Shown: positions 27,007-37,065, numbered from the stretch's first letter. The stretch: 64,000 nt of DNA from Nitrospirota bacterium (GCA_021790195.1 JAJYIF010000011.1:19069-83068); one strand, 5' to 3'. Numbers and translations: made by a program. The notes: a model not told the origin generated them from the sequence alone.

Positions 27007-28657
27007 AGCTTATCTCCAGCCTGTCCGCCATCGCCTTGTCTTCGATGCCGAGTCCGTCGGACATGCCGATAGGGAGCTCCGTGCTCCTTCCCATAGGGGC
27101 AAATATCTTTCTCAGCTCGACATCTGCAGCCTTAAAGGTTTCAACAACGCGCTCGGCCACCCTGTCGGAATCGAGCCTTCTGTAAAGCTTGGGATCCTGG
27201 GTGGTTATCCCCCTCGGGCACCTGCCGGTATTGCACAGATTGCATCGGTTATATTCATCCCCAAAGCAGTCAGCCGCAGCCTGCATAATGTATTTTCCGA
27301 TGGAAACCGCAGACGCGCCGAGCATAATGAGGGCCGCCGCATTCGCCGCGAGATTTCCCTTTTTCCCGACCCCCCCGGCAGCGATCAGCGGAAGCTCGTT
27401 CTGCTTGCCCTGCCTCACGAGGTCGAGGTAGCAGTCCCTAATGTTTGAGGCGATGGGATGCCCCATCTTGTCCATGGATACGTTGTATGCGGCGCCCGTG
27501 CCGCCGTCCTCCCCGTCGATAGACAGGGCCGCGGCGTAAGGGTTTCTCGCAAGATTGTTCAGCACGGCCCGCGCAGTCTTTGTCCCCGAGATCTTCGGAT
27601 AGACCGGGACCCTGAAACCCCACGCCATGGACATGGACTGGATCATCTTTGCGACCGCCTCTTCGATCGAATACTTTGTCTGGTGCGTGGGTGGAGAGGC
27701 AAGGTCTATGAACTGCGGGACCCCGCGAATGCTCGCAATGAGCTTAAGGACCTTCTGCGCCATGAGAAGTCCGCCGTCGCCGGGCTTTGCGCCCTGACCG
27801 TATTTGATCTCTATCGCCGCGGGGTCTTCGACCATATGCGGGAGAGCGTGTATGATTTCGTCCCAGCCGAAATATCCCGAAGCTATCTGTATAATGAAAT
27901 ATTTCAGATACTTCGACCTCAAAAGCCTCGGCGGCATTCCTCCTTCGCCCGAGCACATAACAACAGGCAGTCCTTCCACTTCGTTGAGGTATGCCACGCC
28001 CATAGCGAGCCCTTCCCACATTGGAGGGGAAAGCGCTCCCACGGACATGCTGCCGATCATGATAGGGTATATCTCTCGCACAGGAGGTATGAAACCGCGG
28101 CTCTCCTTGTCAACCGTCAACTTGCCGCCAACCGTCTTCAGCGGAAGCTCTTCCGGAGGCAATATTCTTCCAAGAAGGGTCCTGACGCGAAATTCGTGTC
28201 TGCCCGCGTCGAGGGCAGGGTCCGTGAGCATAGAAATCCTCGTGAACTTGAGTTTGTCGAGGGTCGATACGGAGGGGTCGTTTCTCCTGCCGCCCCTTTT
28301 GAACGGCTCTCCGCCTTTATTCTTGTAATGGTAAAACTTATGCTGGAAGTTGAACTCCGGCTCAATCGCCTCATTGGGGCAGACAAGGGTACAGCTGCCG
28401 CAGCCGGTGCAGTACCTCTCCATGTCCGTTACCTGCTCGACGACCTGGATGACCTTCCGTGCCGCAGACGGTGTAGGGGCAGGGCCCTCTGAATGAACGA
28501 GCCGCTGGACCTTCACCGTCGACTCGATCGCTTTGACCGGACAGACCGCAGTGCATCTGCCGCAACGTTTGCAGCGGTCGTCCCTCCATCTGACAATGTA
28601 TGGAAACTCTCTCAAGGAGAGTTTATGGTTATAGTCTAACCTTGAAGCTGGTTCCAT
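26996..28657 (-). CDS. Glutamate synthase FMN-binding (GltB central) domain protein with N-terminal ferredoxin domain
   Basis: CKRCGRCTAVCP and CTGCGSCTLVCP motifs, then GltB-like sequence: ...IMIGSMSVGALS..., EIKYGQGAKPGDGG, ...GEDGGTGAA... Confidence 0.9.
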   Translation of the reverse strand: MEPASRLDYNHKLSLREFPYIVRWRDDRCKRCGRCTAVCPVKAIESTVKVQRLVHSEGPAPTPSAARKVIQVVEQVTDMERYCTGCGSCTLVCPNEAIEPEFNFQHKFYHYKNKGGEPFKRGGRRNDPSVSTLDKLKFTRISMLTDPALDAGRHEFRVRTLLGRILPPEELPLKTVGGKLTVDKESRGFIPPVREIYPIMIGSMSVGALSPPMWEGLAMGVAYLNEVEGLPVVMCSGEGGMPPRLLRSKYLKYFIIQIASGYFGWDEIIHALPHMVEDPAAIEIKYGQGAKPGDGGLLMAQKVLKLIASIRGVPQFIDLASPPTHQTKYSIEEAVAKMIQSMSMAWGFRVPVYPKISGTKTARAVLNNLARNPYAAALSIDGEDGGTGAAYNVSMDKMGHPIASNIRDCYLDLVRQGKQNELPLIAAGGVGKKGNLAANAAALIMLGASAVSIGKYIMQAAADCFGDEYNRCNLCNTGRCPRGITTQDPKLYRRLDSDRVAERVVETFKAADVELRKIFAPMGRSTELPIGMSDGLGIEDKAMADRLEISYVC

Positions 28658-29745
28658 ACCGTTACCTCCTTCGCATGAGGAGAGACAATCACCATATCAT
28701 ACTTCATAGGGAAAATGTCCTTTGACTTGTCTCTTGCCGGGACAGCCTTGTCCGCCCCGCACTCCTCGGACATCAGGGCATACTTGCCTTTGACTCCTGC
28801 CACAACCCCCGGCCTCAGCTTCTTGGAGTCATGGACCATAAAACATGTGCCGTCGGGTGTGAATCCTATGACCACGTTCGGCCCGTCTATGCACAGGGGC
28901 CTCAGAGACTGCTTCATCAATCTGAGGGCCTGCCTGTCTTCCCTCTGCTCTATATCGGCGGCCTTAAGCGGAGTGATGACGTCCTTGTAGTAGTGCAGCG
29001 GAAAGCCTAACTGCCTCGATGTATAGTGAAGTATGTGCGTAAAGACCTCGCTGTCGCTGTTGTATCCCATGTATCCGGGGAATCCCCGCCCCGTGAGAAA
29101 TTCACGGATGGGGACGAACGCGGTGTTCTCTCCATTTGTCATGGTGCAGAAGCCCTGGATAAAGAAGGGATGACAAGCGTAAAGATAAATAGCGTAATTC
29201 GTATTCTGTCTTCCCTGGGCCAATACGACCTTTGCCCTGATGCCGTCCTTGTCGAGGCCGAAAAACTCCGCAAGCTGCAGCGGGTCCCCAACCTCTTTAA
29301 GCGTAATTACATCCGGATAGAAGGAAAAGATGAATATGGACCCGTCCGGCTCGCCGATCTTTCTCAGGGCGAGACGGGTGTTCATGAGGAGGTCTTCCTT
29401 CTCTCTCGGGGATTTGCCTTTGAAGGAATCGGGGTAGTCATATACCCTCGCAAAATAGTTCTCCCGCTGAGTTATGCTCTTCACCGGCTTTATCCTGGGC
29501 TTCCATTCACGCTTGAGTTTAAAGCCGTTCCTCTTCATGTAGGCGTCCAGGGTCTTCCTGCCGTCATTTGAACTGATGCCGGACATTATCGGATATTTCT
29601 TGAGGCCTTCGAAGTCGCCGCCGAGGTCCTTCAGGGTGAGGCCGAGACCCGAGCCGTCATGCCCTTCTTTCATCGTCTCCAGGGCGAGGATGTTCTCCAT
29701 CGGCGAGAAATATTTATCTGATGTTATAGCAGCAAGTCTGCACAT
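28636..29745 (-). CDS. Class II (Ntn) glutamine amidotransferase domain protein, glutamate synthase amidotransferase subunit
   Basis: Starts MCRLAAI (Cys right after the initiator Met, as in Ntn amidotransferases). First gene of the three-gene split GOGAT operon. Confidence 0.8.
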   Translation of the reverse strand: MCRLAAITSDKYFSPMENILALETMKEGHDGSGLGLTLKDLGGDFEGLKKYPIMSGISSNDGRKTLDAYMKRNGFKLKREWKPRIKPVKSITQRENYFARVYDYPDSFKGKSPREKEDLLMNTRLALRKIGEPDGSIFIFSFYPDVITLKEVGDPLQLAEFFGLDKDGIRAKVVLAQGRQNTNYAIYLYACHPFFIQGFCTMTNGENTAFVPIREFLTGRGFPGYMGYNSDSEVFTHILHYTSRQLGFPLHYYKDVITPLKAADIEQREDRQALRLMKQSLRPLCIDGPNVVIGFTPDGTCFMVHDSKKLRPGVVAGVKGKYALMSEECGADKAVPARDKSKDIFPMKYDMVIVSPHAKEVTVWNQLQG

Positions 29746-29852
29746 TCCGAATCCCTCGTGCTCCCAATCTGCGCCCGGTCTACAGGCAAAAAAAGCGTCT
29801 TACCAATACATGGCAACAGACGCCGTAGTGTTCAACCGTTGCACGTCCGTTT

Positions 29853-29882
29853 ATAATAAAAAGTTGTCTTCTTCTTTGTCAA
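29853..29882 (-). promoter_or_regulatory. Putative sigma70-type promoter of the glutamate synthase operon
   Basis: On the minus strand: TTGACA (29877-29882), an 18-nt spacer, then TATTAT (29853-29858). It lies about 105 nt upstream of the ATG at 29745. Confidence 0.4.
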
Positions 29883-29943
29883 CTTGCGCGGGGCGGAAAG
29901 GCCGGTCGAAGATATTGGCGGGCAAGCTCTATTAAGGCGCTGC

Positions 29944-31134
29944 CTACCTCTTGAAAACGGCGGTCTTGATCTTCCATTCAGAGTTGAGCTTTCTTGCCCG
30001 CCTGGAGGCTTCCTTCCTGCTCTTATATTTGCCGATCAAGACGCGATAGAGAGGCCTTTTCTTGCCGGGAGTGCTCTTGTATACGAAGGTCTTGTAGCCT
30101 TTCTTTTCGAAACGTTTCGCATAGGAAGCGGCATTGCTCTTCTTCTTGAAAACACCGACCTGTACCGAATAAAGCCCTCTATCAGGTCCTTTGGTTTCAG
30201 CCCTTGGTGTTACGGATGTGTCGCGAGATTTTGCTTTTGGCCCGGGTTTGGGGGCCTGGGCGGCCACAGCAGATTCGGGCTTGGGCGACGATGCCGGGAC
30301 CTCAGCAGGGACTGTTTGAACCGGACGATGCGCTTCGGGTGTTGGTGATTGAGCGGGGACAATGGTAGGAGCAGGCTCTGCTGTCTTTTGAGGCTCCGGC
30401 AGTGGATTGTTGTTTTGCAGGGCGTTTTTCCGGACCGGTTCGGGGGAGGACGCTGGTTTCTGAACTCTTGCCTCAAACAGCGGACTTTTATTATAGAAGA
30501 TAAAACCCGCGGCCCCGAGCATCACAATTACGACGGCTACTACAAGCGGGGCAGGCAATCTGGCGCCGAGTCTGGCCCTAATTGCGGTTTTCTCGGATGG
30601 GAGAGGTGTCTCCTGCTCGGCAGCCTCTTCTTCCTTTGCCCGCTCCTCAAAGAGGATATCAGGCTTTAACGACGGCTCTTCGCTGACCGGAGCATTGACT
30701 ACCGTCTCTTTGCGGACCTCCTCTGTATCGATTGTTTCGATTGTTGCAGCCTGCACATCTTCCGGGGTCATGGAGAGGGCCTCTTTTGTCCTCGCGACCA
30801 GATCTTTAGACGAGAACGGCTTCTGCAGGGAAGCTATAATGCCGTAGAGCGAAGCAGTATTCTTGTCCACGACTGAGTCAGGGGAAGATATGGCGATTAT
30901 GGGAACGTTCTTGAGATGGTCCATTTCGCGGAGCTTCTTGCAGATCTCCAGTCCCCGTCCGCCGGCAATGGCGGGATTGACAAAGATCAACAGGGGCTTT
31001 GTTCGCCTTGCCAGGGTGATCCCCACATTCTCTCCCTCGGCGGAGAAAACGAGATACTCTTTAGATTCAAGGGTATTCGCTATGCTCCTGCAGGTCTCTG
31101 TGTCGTCATCAATAACAAGAATTGTTTCGAGCAT
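29944..31134 (-). CDS. Receiver (REC)-like domain / single TM / C-terminal SPOR domain protein
   Basis: N-terminus ILVIDDDTETCRSI...IIAISS...LQKPF is CheY-like. TM segment PLVVAVVIVMLGAAGFIF. A Pro-rich linker follows. The C-terminus YSVQVGVFKKKSNAASYAKRFEKKGYKTFVY...YRVLIGKYKSRKEA is SPOR-like. Confidence 0.8.
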   Translation of the reverse strand: MLETILVIDDDTETCRSIANTLESKEYLVFSAEGENVGITLARRTKPLLIFVNPAIAGGRGLEICKKLREMDHLKNVPIIAISSPDSVVDKNTASLYGIIASLQKPFSSKDLVARTKEALSMTPEDVQAATIETIDTEEVRKETVVNAPVSEEPSLKPDILFEERAKEEEAAEQETPLPSEKTAIRARLGARLPAPLVVAVVIVMLGAAGFIFYNKSPLFEARVQKPASSPEPVRKNALQNNNPLPEPQKTAEPAPTIVPAQSPTPEAHRPVQTVPAEVPASSPKPESAVAAQAPKPGPKAKSRDTSVTPRAETKGPDRGLYSVQVGVFKKKSNAASYAKRFEKKGYKTFVYKSTPGKKRPLYRVLIGKYKSRKEASRRARKLNSEWKIKTAVFKR

Positions 31135-31177
31135 GATGGATGAGACACTTTAACAATTTTTCAGGGAAAATTCAAAT

Positions 31178-32107
31178 CTATGTATTTACGCCGTCGATCA
31201 TCTTCAGTCCCGCACCCAAGGCCGTCTTAACAGCTTCTTCATATTCTCCGGCGGTTATCCCCCTGTTGAGAGGCTGGTGCCCGACGGCTTTATAACACGG
31301 ATAGTATTGGTCCATGATGTTTATGTAAGTATTCCTCGAGATTTCTTCGGCGATGAATCTTATGACTTCTTTCGTGCCTGCAATCCCTTCCGGGAGCACG
31401 AGGTGTCGCACGAGGAGTCCCCTGAGCGCTATACCCCGCTCATCCATCTCAAGGTCCCCGACCTGACGATACATTTCTTTGATGGCTTCCTTTGCCTTCT
31501 CCGGGTAATCCCTCGCCTGCGAATACCTCATGGCCATCTCGGGATCGGAATATTTGAAGTCCGGCATATAGATGTCTACGATCCCCTCGATGATCCTCAA
31601 CGCCTCGACAGACTCATATCCTCCGCAGTTGTATACGACCGGCACGTTCAGTCCTTTTCCTGCTGCGATGGCGAGGGAACGGAGTATCATAGGCATTTGA
31701 TGCGTGGGGGTAACGAGATTTATATTGTGGCACCCCATGGACTGGAGGTCCGTCATTACGTCCGCAAGTTTTTCGAAGGAAATCTCCTCGCCTTCTCCAA
31801 GATGGCTGATGGTCCAGTTCTGGCAGAATATGCATCCCAGATTGCAGCGGCCGAAGAAGATCGTCCCCGAGCCGAACCTCCCCACAAGAGGTCTCTCCTC
31901 GCCGAAGTGCGGTCCCCAGCTCGAAACAAATGGCCTGTCGCCCGTCTTGCAGAAGCCGAACTTGCCGGATGTCCTGTCAACCCCGCACTCTCTCGGACAG
32001 AGTGTGCATTTCTTGAGGACTGCCTCCGCACGCTCCACTCGGGATTGCAACTCGGCTCCCGACAGTTTCAGGTAGGATGCCATGAATAGTCTGCCGCCGG
32101 AATTCAC
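31178..32107 (-). CDS. Radical SAM protein, PflX/COG1313-like (pyruvate formate-lyase activase homologue)
   Basis: CNLGCIFCQNW (CxxxCxxC) preceded by ...CTLCPRECGVDR... and GSGTIFFGR. The true start may be MASYLK at 32083. Confidence 0.8.
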   Translation of the reverse strand: MNSGGRLFMASYLKLSGAELQSRVERAEAVLKKCTLCPRECGVDRTSGKFGFCKTGDRPFVSSWGPHFGEERPLVGRFGSGTIFFGRCNLGCIFCQNWTISHLGEGEEISFEKLADVMTDLQSMGCHNINLVTPTHQMPMILRSLAIAAGKGLNVPVVYNCGGYESVEALRIIEGIVDIYMPDFKYSDPEMAMRYSQARDYPEKAKEAIKEMYRQVGDLEMDERGIALRGLLVRHLVLPEGIAGTKEVIRFIAEEISRNTYINIMDQYYPCYKAVGHQPLNRGITAGEYEEAVKTALGAGLKMIDGVNT

Positions 32108-32473
32108 TGTCTACCTTGCCGTTGCATAAAGACTGAAGGCAAATATGCCTCAAAACCTTCTATCCGCACACAGGCGGATTCACCGGGGCGAATAATGCGA
32201 TTTGAGTTTAGAATAGATACGTAAGCTGCACATAATGATGTTTGACAAGACATTGTTTAGTCGATAATCGGCACATGAAGATACCGCCATAAAAGTCTTT
32301 TCGCCATATCCTTCTTCAGAACTGCGTGGCAGTTGAAGATTGTAATTAATTATATCATTCATGCTGAATTTGCCGGGGCGGGTTTCTTGCTTTTTCGCTC
32401 GAAGTTCCTATATTCTTAAAATAAAGGTCTTGCTTGGGCGATGCCGTCTGCGCGGACAAATTAAGGAGGACAA

Positions 32474-32794
32474 GTGCTGACAATATCGGATGCTGCCGCC
32501 AAAAAGGCAAAAGAAATTCTCGTTGCGGAAGGAAAGGCGAGCTGGGGGCTGAGGATTTACACTGCCGGAGGCGGGTGCTGCGGACCGTCGTACGGCATGG
32601 ATCTGGACGAGAACCCTGCCGCCGGAGACCAGATTATTGAAAAGGACGGTCTCAAGGTCTTCATAGATATGAACACGTTTCAGAGCCTCGGTGACATGCA
32701 GGTCGATTTTATAAATGAAGGGGAAAGGCAGGGCTTTGTACTGACGGGCGGAAAAGCCCCCTCCTGCGGTCCTGGCTGCAGCTCGTGCGGATAA
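32474..32794 (+). CDS. HesB/IscA-family iron-sulfur cluster insertion protein
   Basis: MLTISDAAAKKAKEIL...GLRIYTAGGGCCGPSYGM...FINEGERQGFVL with a C-terminal Cys cluster. AAGGAGG lies 5 nt before the GTG start. Confidence 0.85.
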   Translation: MLTISDAAAKKAKEILVAEGKASWGLRIYTAGGGCCGPSYGMDLDENPAAGDQIIEKDGLKVFIDMNTFQSLGDMQVDFINEGERQGFVLTGGKAPSCGPGCSSCG

Positions 32795-32809
32795 GCCAAG
32801 GGATTTTGT

Positions 32810-33790
32810 ATGTTTCCGGTCCACAGACCTAGAAGGCTCAGGAGGAACGAGACAATCAGGCGGATGGTGAGGGAGACCTCCTTGTCCGTTTCGGATTTCA
32901 TCTATCCGCTCTTTGCAGTATATGGAAAGGACGTGAGAAAAGAGGTCTCTTCCATGCCGGGCTGTTTCCAGGAATCTGTGGACGAGCTCGTGAAGAACGC
33001 AAAGGAGATCCGCTCCCTCGGCGTCCCTGCGGTGATGCTTTTCGGCATCCCCGAGCACAAGGACGAAGTGGGCTCCGGCGCTTATGACGACAATGGGATC
33101 GTTCAGACAGCCGTTAGGGCGCTGAAAGACGCGGTCCCGGATTTATATGTGATCACGGACGTCTGCCTTTGCGAATACACGAGTCACGGCCACTGCGGCG
33201 TCATAGAAAAGGGGGACGTGGCAAACGATCCTACGCTCGAATTGCTCGCCAGGGAGGCGGTATCCCATGCGAAGGCGGGCGCGGACATGGTCGCGCCTTC
33301 CGATATGATGGACGGCAGGATAGAGGCGATCAGGCTTGCGCTTGACGATGAGGGGTTCCCGGACATTCCGGTGATGTCGTATGCCGCGAAGTATGCCTCC
33401 GCGTTTTATGGCCCTTTCAGAGAGGCTGCGGAATCGACCCCCCAATTCGGGGACAGGCGTTCTTACCAGATGGACCCCGCGAACAGGAGAGAGGCCCTCA
33501 AGGAGGTCGCTCTTGACATCGAAGAAGGCGCGGACATAGTGATGGTGAAGCCCGCCATGACATACCTGGATATTATCTCCGACGTCAGGGACAGCTTCGA
33601 TGTTCCGGTTGCCGCTTACAACGTCAGCGGTGAATACTCGCTTGTGAAGGCTGCCGCCAGACTCGGGTGGATCGACGAGCAGCGGATGATGCTGGAGGTC
33701 CTCACGTCGATCAAGCGCGCAGGTGCGGACCTGATTCTCACCTATTTTGCCAAGGATGCGGCAAAGGTCTTGAGTAGCATCGGGCTCTGA
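32810..33790 (+). CDS. hemB: Porphobilinogen synthase (delta-aminolevulinate dehydratase)
   Basis: [32 protein letters not shown] (Zn site), APSDMMDGR and [12 protein letters not shown] motifs. Confidence 0.95.
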   Translation: MFPVHRPRRLRRNETIRRMVRETSLSVSDFIYPLFAVYGKDVRKEVSSMPGCFQESVDELVKNAKEIRSLGVPAVMLFGIPEHKDEVGSGAYDDNGIVQTAVRALKDAVPDLYVITDVCLCEYTSHGHCGVIEKGDVANDPTLELLAREAVSHAKAGADMVAPSDMMDGRIEAIRLALDDEGFPDIPVMSYAAKYASAFYGPFREAAESTPQFGDRRSYQMDPANRREALKEVALDIEEGADIVMVKPAMTYLDIISDVRDSFDVPVAAYNVSGEYSLVKAAARLGWIDEQRMMLEVLTSIKRAGADLILTYFAKDAAKVLSSIGL

Positions 33791-33944
33791 TCTGCACAGA
33801 CTTCTCCAACGCAGTAAAAATCAGATTCTTTGCGGGTCTAAATCGCGCCTTCGCGTACGTCCGGCCTTTATGATCTGCATCATTTAACTTCCTGATAATT
33901 AAGTTATAATAAATCATTGACCAAAACTTTGGAGGTGATGGACC

Positions 33945-34172
33945 GTGATTGAGAGATCGAAGGTGGAGGATGCCCTGAACCAGATAAGACCTGCCCTTCA
34001 GCGTGACGGCGGCAATGTCGAACTTGTCGATGTTACAGCCGAAGGCATTGTCAAGGTGAAGCTTGTGGGAGCTTGCGGCACATGCCCGATGTCTATACTA
34101 ACATTGAAGCGCGGCATTGAGGCGACGTTGAAACAGCGGGTGCCGGAAATCGCGGCAGTAGAAGCGGTTTAA
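33945..34172 (+). CDS. NifU C-terminal-domain (Nfu-type) Fe-S scaffold protein
   Basis: 75 aa: ...IRPALQRDGGNVELVDV...VKVKLVGACGTCPMSILTLK.GIE. Confidence 0.85.
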   Translation: MIERSKVEDALNQIRPALQRDGGNVELVDVTAEGIVKVKLVGACGTCPMSILTLKRGIEATLKQRVPEIAAVEAV

Positions 34173-34405
34173 CGCAGTTTCTTCGTGATAAAACAGGCCT
34201 GCTCGCAAAGGCGCAGACTCGCTAATAAAGGGTCAAACAGTTCAAGAAGGGCAAATAGGTTAAACAGGTCAGGAAAGTCGCTTTCTGACTTGGAACTTTT
34301 TGACCTTGAAACTTCTTAACCTTTCATATGCTTCGTGAGCTTCGTGTGATGATCTGTCATTTGAGCTTAGCGGCTTGGCGTGATATTTCTCTCAGAGGGT
34401 TTTAA

Positions 34406-35446
34406 TCAGGGGAAGAGACCGATTGCATTAAGACCCGTCTTTTCGTCAAAGCCCATCATGATATTCATGTTGTGGACCGCCTGGGCAGATGCGCCCTTTT
34501 GCAAGTTGTCTATGGCAGTGACTATGATCAGAGTATCGGTCCTCGTATTGATTGTAATACCCAAATGGCACATGTTTGTGCCCCTGACGCTCTTGACGTT
34601 AGGGAACTTCCCGATTGGGAGGACCCTTGTGAACGGCTCTTTTTCGTATGCCCTGCCGTAAAGTCCATGCACTTCCCCGGCGCCGGTTTTTCTTGAGAGT
34701 CTGGCATAGATCGTGGTCAATATCCCACGGTCAATCGGGACTAGGTGGGGAGTGAAGTTGACTTTAATCGGATTCCCGGCCTGGCCGGACAGCTCCTGCT
34801 CGATCTCGGGCGTATGCCTGTGCACCGTGACGCTATACGCTTTAAAAGCCTCGTTCACCTCGCAGAAGGAAAAAGAGACGTCTGCCTGTCTTCCCGCGCC
34901 AGTTGTCCCGGATTTCGAATCGACCACAATCGAGTCGGTCCGTATGAGCTTGTTCTTCACCGCCGGGAAAAGGCCGAGGATCGCGCCGGTCGGATAGCAG
35001 CCGGGGTTTGCCACAAGACTTGCCTTCGCAATTCTCTTCCTGTGGAGTTCCGGCAGGCCGTAAACCGCCCTTTTCAATGTGCCCGGATACCTGTGGGGAA
35101 CTTTATACCATTCTTCGTAAACGGCGGGGTCTTTCAGTCTGTAATCAGCGGAGAGGTCTATTACCTTCTTCCCATGGTTGACAAAAAAATCGACCGCTTC
35201 CTGGGAAGCAGCATGGGGAAGGGCCATGAAGAAGACGTCCGCCTTTGGAAGGATCTTCTTCCTGTCTAAGGGCTCGTAGACAAGATGCTCATACGCTAGA
35301 AGGTGCGGAAAGAGGTCCGAGACCTTTTTCCCGGCCGATCGTTGGGATGTGACTGTTGTGATCCTGACTTCGGGGTGAGTTGCCAGTATCCTGAGCAGCT
35401 CTGCCCCGGCATATCCGCTGCCGCCGCATACTGCAACCTTTAGCAT
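34406..35446 (-). CDS. argC: N-acetyl-gamma-glutamyl-phosphate reductase
   Basis: MLKVAVCGGSGYAGAELLRIL, ...ANPGCYPT... (active-site Cys), and a typical C-terminus DNLQKGASAQAVHNMN. Confidence 0.95.
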   Translation of the reverse strand: MLKVAVCGGSGYAGAELLRILATHPEVRITTVTSQRSAGKKVSDLFPHLLAYEHLVYEPLDRKKILPKADVFFMALPHAASQEAVDFFVNHGKKVIDLSADYRLKDPAVYEEWYKVPHRYPGTLKRAVYGLPELHRKRIAKASLVANPGCYPTGAILGLFPAVKNKLIRTDSIVVDSKSGTTGAGRQADVSFSFCEVNEAFKAYSVTVHRHTPEIEQELSGQAGNPIKVNFTPHLVPIDRGILTTIYARLSRKTGAGEVHGLYGRAYEKEPFTRVLPIGKFPNVKSVRGTNMCHLGITINTRTDTLIIVTAIDNLQKGASAQAVHNMNIMMGFDEKTGLNAIGLFP

Positions 35447-35456
35447 TTGCCTTATC

Positions 35457-35849
35457 TTATCTCTTGGAGAACTGGAATCTCTTCCTTGCGCCCTTCTGGC
35501 CGTACTTCTTTCTTTCCTTTTCCCTCGGGTCTCTCGTGAGAAAGCCTTCTTTCTTCAGCTTCGACCTGAGGTCGTTGTCGAGTCTCACGAGCGCCCTCGA
35601 TATGCCGTGTTTCAATGCCCCGGCCTGGCCCGTGAGCCCGCCTCCCTCTACAATGGCGGATATATTGAGCTTCCCTATCATCCCGGTCAATTCGAGCGGC
35701 TGTCTGATTATCATCCGAAGGGTCTCTCTCGGGAAATAGGAATCAACCGGTTTCTGATTGACCATTATCTGGCCGTTGCCGGATGAGACCAAAACCCTCG
35801 CAATGGAGGTCTTTCTTCTTCCTGTGGCGTTGTATTTAATCTCGACCAT
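35457..35849 (-). CDS. rpsI: 30S ribosomal protein S9
   Basis: ...[12 protein letters not shown]... and a C-terminal ...[27 protein letters not shown]. Confidence 0.97.
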   Translation of the reverse strand: MVEIKYNATGRRKTSIARVLVSSGNGQIMVNQKPVDSYFPRETLRMIIRQPLELTGMIGKLNISAIVEGGGLTGQAGALKHGISRALVRLDNDLRSKLKKEGFLTRDPREKERKKYGQKGARKRFQFSKR

Positions 35850-35859
35850 TCAAACTCCT

Positions 35860-36288
35860 TTATTGAATTATTTCCGGTTTTTGCGCAGCATGAGGGTGAT
35901 CGGACCCCTTGTAGACTTTGAGCTTCTTTAGCATGGCCCTGCCGAGCCTGTTCTTCGGAAGCATGCCCCACACCGCATCCTTTATTATCTCTTCGGGTTT
36001 GCTGTTAAGCCTCTCCTTCGCGGTCACAGCCTTTAAGCCGCCGATATAGCCGGAGTGGCTGTAATACACCTTGTCGGTCATCTTCTTACCGGTCAGCCTG
36101 ATCTTCCCGGCATTGACGACCACGACAAAATCCCCTGTATCGACATTGGGTGTGAATACGGGCTTGTTCTTGCCCCTCAGATACGTGGCCACCTTTGTCG
36201 CAAGACGGCCAAGCACCTTGTCCTTGGCGTCAAAGACGTACCATTTCCGCTCTATCTCGCCCTTTTTTGCAAATTGCGTTTTCATCAA
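35860..36288 (-). CDS. rplM: 50S ribosomal protein L13
   Basis: ...[41 protein letters not shown]... Confidence 0.97.
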   Translation of the reverse strand: MMKTQFAKKGEIERKWYVFDAKDKVLGRLATKVATYLRGKNKPVFTPNVDTGDFVVVVNAGKIRLTGKKMTDKVYYSHSGYIGGLKAVTAKERLNSKPEEIIKDAVWGMLPKNRLGRAMLKKLKVYKGSDHPHAAQKPEIIQ

Positions 36289-36477
36289 GACACCGTCCTC
36301 ATTGATTTATAAGTCTAATACATTAAAAGAAACAATATCCAAAAGTCAATAACGTCCCTCTTTATTTCCCGCATCCGGCATGCCAAACTTCATTCGCTCG
36401 AAATCCTCATATCCGACATTTGTTATAATGGTACTCGATATTGACGTTTGCGAGTTTGGCTGTCAAAGGATGGAATA

Positions 36478-37065
36478 ATGGAGCTTATCAAATGTCCCCA
36501 ATGCGGAAAAGACGTAAACCCTAAGAGCGCCCTTTGTCCCTTTTGCGGGGGAAAGGTCGGCGACGAAAAGAGCTTTGCCACCCCCAGGTGTCCCAGGTGC
36601 GGTGTCTCACTTGAGATCAGAAGGGAAGACGTCGTGAATGTGCATGTCTGTCCCCGGTGTAACGGCCTCTGGCTCGATCCGGGAGAATTCGATGTCCTGA
36701 CCGCCGAGTCGACAGTCTATAGGGAAGGGCGGCTCGAAAAAGAATATAGCCGTCCTCCTCTGCCGGATAAGATCGAATATCTCCCCTGCGCAAGGTGCGG
36801 GAAACTCATGGTGAGGAAGAATTTTGGCCATATATCGGGCCTGATCATAGACGAGTGCGGCAGGCACGGCATCTGGCTCGACAGCGGGGAACTCGAAAAG
36901 ATCAGACAGTTTATCCTTGACGGAGGACTCGAAAAGGAACAGTTCAAGGAGATAGAGAAGAACAAGGCCGAGCTTACGGACCTGGCGGAAAAGGTGAAGG
37001 ACACCGCCTTTACGCAGAAGCTTATCCACTTCTGGAACTGGAAGAGGTGGTTTTACGGGCCGTAG
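36478..37065 (+). CDS. Zinc-ribbon protein with two TFIIB-type (zf-TFIIB-like) modules
   Basis: MELIKCPQCGK...CPFCGG, then CPRCGVSLE...VCPRCNGLWLDPGEFD and CARCGKLM...DECGRHGIWLDSGELEKI. I chose the start at 36478 (AAGGA upstream) over the ORF-track 36448. Confidence 0.7.
   Translation: MELIKCPQCGKDVNPKSALCPFCGGKVGDEKSFATPRCPRCGVSLEIRREDVVNVHVCPRCNGLWLDPGEFDVLTAESTVYREGRLEKEYSRPPLPDKIEYLPCARCGKLMVRKNFGHISGLIIDECGRHGIWLDSGELEKIRQFILDGGLEKEQFKEIEKNKAELTDLAEKVKDTAFTQKLIHFWNWKRWFYGP

Noticed and set aside
32180-32362. 60-aa ORF in an AT-rich stretch between the radical SAM gene and the IscA-like gene.
   Set aside because: No SD and an odd composition. The region more likely holds the divergent promoter for the flanking genes.
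34200-34340. Cluster of nested imperfect palindromes, for example gtcaggaaag-tc-gctttctgac, and ggtcaaacagttcaag with cttggaactttttgacc.
   Set aside because: It lies between the convergent 3' ends of the NifU-like gene and argC. The simplest reading is bidirectional terminator hairpins, not a mobile element or array.
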